Shown here: positions 60,462-64,000 of the stretch, one piece after another
How positions within the stretch are numbered: position 1 is the stretch's first letter
How the letters are laid out: each line of letters starts with the position of its first letter
Virus record (IMG/VR): IMGVR_UViG_3300005913_000002
Reading direction: 5' to 3' (one strand)
Length of the DNA: 64,000 nucleotides
From: a virus
The notes under the pieces: model-generated
Told to the model about the DNA's origin: nothing
Databases searched by the model: none
The model's input: only the letters and a program-made list of their open reading frames with translations
Translations under genes and position numbers: made by a program

Positions 60462-60714
60462 TGTACTTGTTCTCTACTTGTCGTATGGTCTTGACCAGGT
60501 CTTGTTGTTGTTGTGTGTCTAAGTCTATGAACATCAGTATGCCTTCTACATAACTCTGCTCATGTTGCTGTGCCTTGGCCGTGCGCTCGCTTGCCCAGAA
60601 CAGCGCCAGTACTGCCCAGAACTCCCAATTGGTTAGGGTAACGTTCGATAGAGTCAGTACCAGCCCTAGTGCTAGGTACAGGGCTAGTCGTTGTATCATA
60701 CTCGCTTCATACAT
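60454..60714 (-). CDS. small membrane protein
   Basis: Two hydrophobic N-terminal segments. Confidence 0.6.
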   Translation of the reverse strand: MYEASMIQRLALYLALGLVLTLSNVTLTNWEFWAVLALFWASERTAKAQQHEQSYVEGILMFIDLDTQQQQDLVKTIRQVENKYND

Positions 60715-61556
60715 GTGGTCTTGGCCATTGCAGTCCAGTTACGGGGGAAACTCTTGCGCAGGTCCGCAATCTTCAGCACCATACGCAGGCTAAGTTCACG
60801 CAAGCGAGCGGCATTGTTGACCACAAACTCAATGATCTCATCACTGGCACCCGCTTCAAACTCGTATGTGTCCAGCATGCCGTCCTTTACAATCTGCTTG
60901 ATGCGAAGTATCTTTTCACGCTCAGTGTCCATCTGTAGATCGATGTAGTGGCACCGGCTTTCCAAAGCATCCAGGTGATCGCGAAGTTTCTTAGAGCGGA
61001 CATGTTCAAATTTAATGTTAGTGATAAAGATAGCGGCACCCTTGAACTCAAAGCGATCTGGGATGCCTTCTGTGCGCAACATGCGGCTGTCAGTGTTCCA
61101 AGCGATGAAACGCTTTTTGCTTGAGTCCAAGGCTGCCTTGAGGATGTTAAGGCTCAGGTCTTCCATTAGGATTGAGTCACAGTCGTCAAACACCAGTACT
61201 GACTTTTCATCGCTGTACTCGTACAGTTTAGCATATAGACCCAGTGCTGACATGGCACCCTTGACAATTTCGTACTTGGGTTTGCGGTTGCCCAATGTAT
61301 TGAATAGGTCGTCTTTCTCAAGTACCTGCTCAACACCGAAACTCTTGCCTACTCCTGGAGGACCGCTGACGATCATTGCTCGCACATCGCCCTGCTTGAC
61401 TGCCTTGGTCATCTCGGTAAGGATCTCAAAGCGCTCACGCAAGCGCTCAATGATCTCTTGATCAGACTCTCTTGCCACAGCCATTTCGTTAGCACGGATT
61501 TTCTCTTGATCAAACTCTAATACAGTTGCAACTGCGGTACTTTTTGCTTTGGCCAT
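60696..61556 (-). CDS. AAA+ P-loop ATPase
   Basis: GPPGVGKS, LVFDDCD, FITN, ALESR. Confidence 0.85.
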   Translation of the reverse strand: MAKAKSTAVATVLEFDQEKIRANEMAVARESDQEIIERLRERFEILTEMTKAVKQGDVRAMIVSGPPGVGKSFGVEQVLEKDDLFNTLGNRKPKYEIVKGAMSALGLYAKLYEYSDEKSVLVFDDCDSILMEDLSLNILKAALDSSKKRFIAWNTDSRMLRTEGIPDRFEFKGAAIFITNIKFEHVRSKKLRDHLDALESRCHYIDLQMDTEREKILRIKQIVKDGMLDTYEFEAGASDEIIEFVVNNAARLRELSLRMVLKIADLRKSFPRNWTAMAKTTCMKRV

Positions 61557-61584
61557 CTTGTGTTCCTTTTGCGTTTAAAAATGT

Positions 61585-61613
61585 ATTATAACACAGGGCC
61601 GGAGCCCTGTCAA
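61585..61613 (-). promoter_or_regulatory. early sigma70 promoter with internal hairpin
   Basis: TTGACA-17-TATAAT; ACAGGGC-CGGA-GCCCTGT in spacer. Confidence 0.88.
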
Positions 61614-61620
61614 GTGTTTT

Positions 61621-61974
61621 TTAATCTAAACGTGATCCAGCGTAGGCTTCAAATCCGTACTTCTTAAACACATCAGCGGCTGCTCGTGCACCTGCTTCTA
61701 GTGTGTCCACGTTCTGGCAACCGTAGCCACTTGGGTTCCAGATCTGGAATGCTTTGGTGTAGTTCTGTCTGATACCTGCGGCTTTCATTGCACGGCCTAT
61801 CTTGGTCGAACCTTTGATCGCCTTGCCCTCATGCTTATAGATGTTGACCCAAGCAAATCCACAAGCGTATTGATCAACGCCACCTAATCGAGTTTTGAAG
61901 TAGTTGTCGGCTGCTTCGTAGGCTGCTTCTTGTGCTTCACGTACAGCGGCTTTGATAGTGTCTACTGTGATCAT
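61621..61974 (-). CDS. early conserved phage protein
   Basis: CGFAWV..Q..EAGA.A.A..AYAGSRLD motif; AGGAG RBS. Confidence 0.7.
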   Translation of the reverse strand: MITVDTIKAAVREAQEAAYEAADNYFKTRLGGVDQYACGFAWVNIYKHEGKAIKGSTKIGRAMKAAGIRQNYTKAFQIWNPSGYGCQNVDTLEAGARAAADVFKKYGFEAYAGSRLD

Positions 61975-62007
61975 TTAGTGTGCTCCTATTGCGTTGTTGA
62001 TGTATGT

Positions 62008-62036
62008 ATTATAACAATAAACAAAAACCCTGTCAA
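62008..62036 (-). promoter_or_regulatory. early sigma70 promoter
   Basis: TTGACA-17-TATAAT. Confidence 0.88.
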
Positions 62037-62064
62037 CCGTAGGGTTGTTGCAAATTAGCCACAG

Positions 62065-62307
62065 TTACCATTGCTTCTTGTCGCCGCCCTGCTCGTTCCA
62101 ACGGTAGCCTGCGTAGTAGGCACGCATCTGGGCAAGGGTCATCTCTTCGCCGGTAATCTTGGGCAAGTTGCCTGTACCGTTTGGGTACCAATGTGGTTCC
62201 TCTGGGCGGCTGTAGTATGAATCAGCACTGCCACGATCAAACGGACTACCGTGGAACTGATCGAACTTTTGACCCTCAAACTCAACTTCAGTAACTTGAT
62301 CGAACAT
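62065..62307 (-). CDS. early conserved phage protein
   Basis: HGSPFDRGSADSYY.R..PH..YYAGY..NE motif. Confidence 0.7.
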   Translation of the reverse strand: MFDQVTEVEFEGQKFDQFHGSPFDRGSADSYYSRPEEPHWYPNGTGNLPKITGEEMTLAQMRAYYAGYRWNEQGGDKKQW

Positions 62308-62390
62308 TAAAATTCTCCCTTTACAATCATTGCCACGCCCATTATGATCACGGGCATCATTACTACTGCTAGATTAATTAGTGCTTGCAT
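62307..62390 (-). CDS. 27-aa hydrophobic peptide (not in ORF track)
   Basis: MQALINLAVVMMPVIIMGVAMIVKGEF; GGAG RBS; TAATG coupling. Confidence 0.6.
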   Translation of the reverse strand: MQALINLAVVMMPVIIMGVAMIVKGEF

Positions 62391-62420
62391 CTTCTACTCC
62401 TTGTTGCTGTTTATGTATGT

Positions 62421-62449
62421 ATTATACTGTCAAGCAGCCAACTTGTCAA
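62421..62449 (-). promoter_or_regulatory. early sigma70 promoter
   Basis: TTGACA-17-TATAAT. Confidence 0.85.
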
Positions 62450-62570
62450 CCAAAATCAACTGTGGCTTTCCTACAACACGACCGCCGTATATTGTTTGAT
62501 ATAGATCAGCGGCTGCTCGTATGCAAAACTTAATCTCAGTGCCATTGGGTTTGATCAGTGTGTACTGCAT
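62430..62570 (-). CDS. 46-aa early protein (not in ORF track)
   Basis: MQYTLIKPNGTEIKFCIRAAADLYQTIYGGRVVGKPQLILVDKLAA; GGAG RBS. Confidence 0.6.
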   Translation of the reverse strand: MQYTLIKPNGTEIKFCIRAAADLYQTIYGGRVVGKPQLILVDKLAA

Positions 62571-62591
62571 GCTTTTCTCCGTTGTGTATGT

Positions 62592-62620
62592 ATTATAACA
62601 AAGATCGAATACCCTGTCAA
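62592..62620 (-). promoter_or_regulatory. early sigma70 promoter
   Basis: TTGACA-17-TATAAT. Confidence 0.88.
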
Positions 62621-62627
62621 CTAGTAG

Positions 62628-62716
62628 GGGAAAAGGTGAACCCTGCGTACTTCACAGCAGGCAGGGTTCGGGGGTTGCCTGGGACACTACCCCCAGGGCT
62701 TAGGAGCGGCTCTCAG
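62628..62716 (-). ncRNA. GC-rich structured RNA element ending in terminator-like hairpin
   Basis: Minus: CCTGGG/CCCAGG versus GGGGGT/ACCCCC stems, then GAACCCTGC..GTGA..GCAGGGTTC-ACC-TTTT. Confidence 0.35.
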
Positions 62717-62719
62717 TTT

Positions 62720-62989
62720 TTATGCAAGGCCGAGAGCAAGAGCCTTGTAACCTGCGGCAACCAACTTGCGTGATGGAGTGCCAATTTCATACTCAGTTAC
62801 CTTTACACCATTACCTGCAACACGGCTTTTGGCATAGACTGCATAACCATTCTGGCGAATGCGACTTACTGAAGCACTCATATTCTTAATGCCAAATCGC
62901 TTGCTCGCTTCTGCTGGTGATAGTTTCTCACCAGCGTACATTGCTGAGAATAGTTTAAAGTCTTTGGTTTCTTTGCTAATCATTTTCAT
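62720..62989 (-). CDS. winged helix-turn-helix DNA-binding protein
   Basis: LSPAEASKRFGIKNMSASVSRIRQNGYAVY; basic. Confidence 0.7.
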   Translation of the reverse strand: MKMISKETKDFKLFSAMYAGEKLSPAEASKRFGIKNMSASVSRIRQNGYAVYAKSRVAGNGVKVTEYEIGTPSRKLVAAGYKALALGLA

Positions 62990-63033
62990 CTTTCTGTTTC
63001 CTTTTAAATTACACTGCTGTGCAGTTAATAACT

Positions 63034-63062
63034 ATTGTACAAGGATACTAATCAGTTGTCAA
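63034..63062 (-). promoter_or_regulatory. early sigma70 promoter
   Basis: TTGACA-17-TACAAT. Confidence 0.75.
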
Positions 63063-63115
63063 CGGCGAATTTGCCCAATTGCGTACAACTTGTTCGAGTT
63101 CGGTAAAATCTAAGT

Positions 63116-63337
63116 TCATTTATTATCTACTTTTGTTTTAAACACGCCTGCAAGGATCATAATTGCAAACCACGTTTGGATTGTATAGGGAATTACCAAT
63201 GCTGGGAACAATGTATTGACACTCCAGATAATTAGGAATGGTCCTGCAACAAGGACGAACAATACAAATAGAACTAATGCTGTAATCTTCATTTTATTCT
63301 TTATCGAAGAGGTCTTATTGACATTGCCTCTACGCAC
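63116..63337 (-). CDS. small membrane protein (start may be 63292)
   Basis: Two hydrophobic helices. Confidence 0.6.
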   Translation of the reverse strand: MRRGNVNKTSSIKNKMKITALVLFVLFVLVAGPFLIIWSVNTLFPALVIPYTIQTWFAIMILAGVFKTKVDNK

Positions 63338-63351
63338 ACGGCAGGGGTTAT

Positions 63352-63705
63352 TTAGAACGGAGCGTCTTCCATATCAGAAGTGTCTACTACAGGTGCCTTT
63401 GCCGCTTTGACTTTGGCTTTGATCTTCTCCATAGTAGGAGCCGTTGTGGCTTTGGGTGATTTAGTAGCACGTTTGCCTTGTGCATCTTCCAATGCGGCAC
63501 GTACTTCAGCATTACCGTTGTCAAAGTCGATGCTCAACAGGTAAGTAACGGCATCTTCTTTGCTCATAGGGGTTTTTAGTTGAACAATGTCGATGTCTTT
63601 GTGATCATTCTTTTGAAGGATCTTGACACGCATTTGATCGTTGGCGAAACGAACCTTCATTGAACCATTCAAGCGGCTCACGCCAGCATATGCAAAAATA
63701 GACAT
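63352..63705 (-). CDS. early hypothetical protein (start moved to ATG 63705)
   Basis: AAGGA RBS; KVRFAND..R.K.L.K..H.DI motif. Confidence 0.65.
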   Translation of the reverse strand: MSIFAYAGVSRLNGSMKVRFANDQMRVKILQKNDHKDIDIVQLKTPMSKEDAVTYLLSIDFDNGNAEVRAALEDAQGKRATKSPKATTAPTMEKIKAKVKAAKAPVVDTSDMEDAPF

Positions 63706-63765
63706 AATATTTCCTTTTCTCTCTGTGTGTAAAGTATGAACAGCACTATTGCTGTTCATGTATTA

Positions 63766-63794
63766 ATTATACTCTCTTTTGAAGACCTTGTCAA
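63766..63794 (-). promoter_or_regulatory. early sigma70 promoter followed by 5' hairpin
   Basis: TTGACA-17-TATAAT; ATGAACAGCA/TGCTGTTCAT at 63736-63759. Confidence 0.8.
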
Positions 63795-63970
63795 CCAAAA
63801 TCTGGCATATAGTGTTCTTCTTCTTGTTGCAAATCAGCCACATTATTTCCTTCAATCCAATCGAATACAATTTCAATTGGACACTCTAACATGACTGCAA
63901 TGGTCTTGGCACCGAAGCCCTCAATATACAATTGCTCAATGTCGTAGGCTAGTTCTGCTAATTTACTCAT
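63791..63970 (-). CDS. 59-aa acidic HTH-like protein (not in ORF track)
   Basis: MSKLAELAYDIEQLYIEGFGAKTIAVMLECPIEIVFDWIEG..; GAGGAG RBS. Confidence 0.6.
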   Translation of the reverse strand: MSKLAELAYDIEQLYIEGFGAKTIAVMLECPIEIVFDWIEGNNVADLQQEEEHYMPDFG

Positions 63971-64000
63971 GATTCTGCTGTCTCCTCAAATGCTTGGTCG

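Noticed and set aside
62628-62716. tRNA or hammerhead ribozyme
   Set aside because: No cloverleaf or TTC T-loop context; CTGAGAG does not fit the CUGANGA..GAAA core
1-64000. Alternative genetic code, introns or inteins
   Set aside because: Core genes (terL, uvsX, uvsW, helicase, primase) are intact and normal-sized in code 11

Overview
A 64-kb, AT-rich, densely coding fragment of a large T4-like (Tevenvirinae-distant, probably jumbo) myovirus genome. 1-19.9 kb: giant fibre/structural proteins (Gly/Thr repeats, LamG, collagen, pyocin-knob/shufflon-like modules, S74 chaperone), small fibre-associated proteins and a 2OG-Fe(II) oxygenase. 19.9-35.2 kb: neck (gp13/14/15), dNMP kinase, tail sheath and tube, gp4 and terminase. 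36.7-50.5 kb: replication/recombination (gp32, UvsX, UvsY, UvsW, putative gp62, a 195-aa DnaE-like core, primase, helicase) plus auxiliary genes. 51-58.7 kb: two glycosyltransferases, a second collagen fibre, radical SAM and a 2OG-like gene. 58.7-59.2 kb: an odd non-coding segment with G/C tracts. 59.2-64 kb: small early genes, most behind their own consensus sigma70 promoter. Most notable: (1) a miniature family-C polymerase core; (2) a fixed TAAATA-N5-ATG architecture implying leaderless late mRNAs; (3) a DNA-conserved palindromic repeat separating receptor-binding modules in a tail fibre; (4) Gly-X-Thr collagen fibres beside glycosyltransferases and hydroxylases; (5) a candidate terminus/origin next to a CC/GG-depleted early region whose promoters carry a possible operator. 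All calls come from motif recognition by eye; no searches were run.
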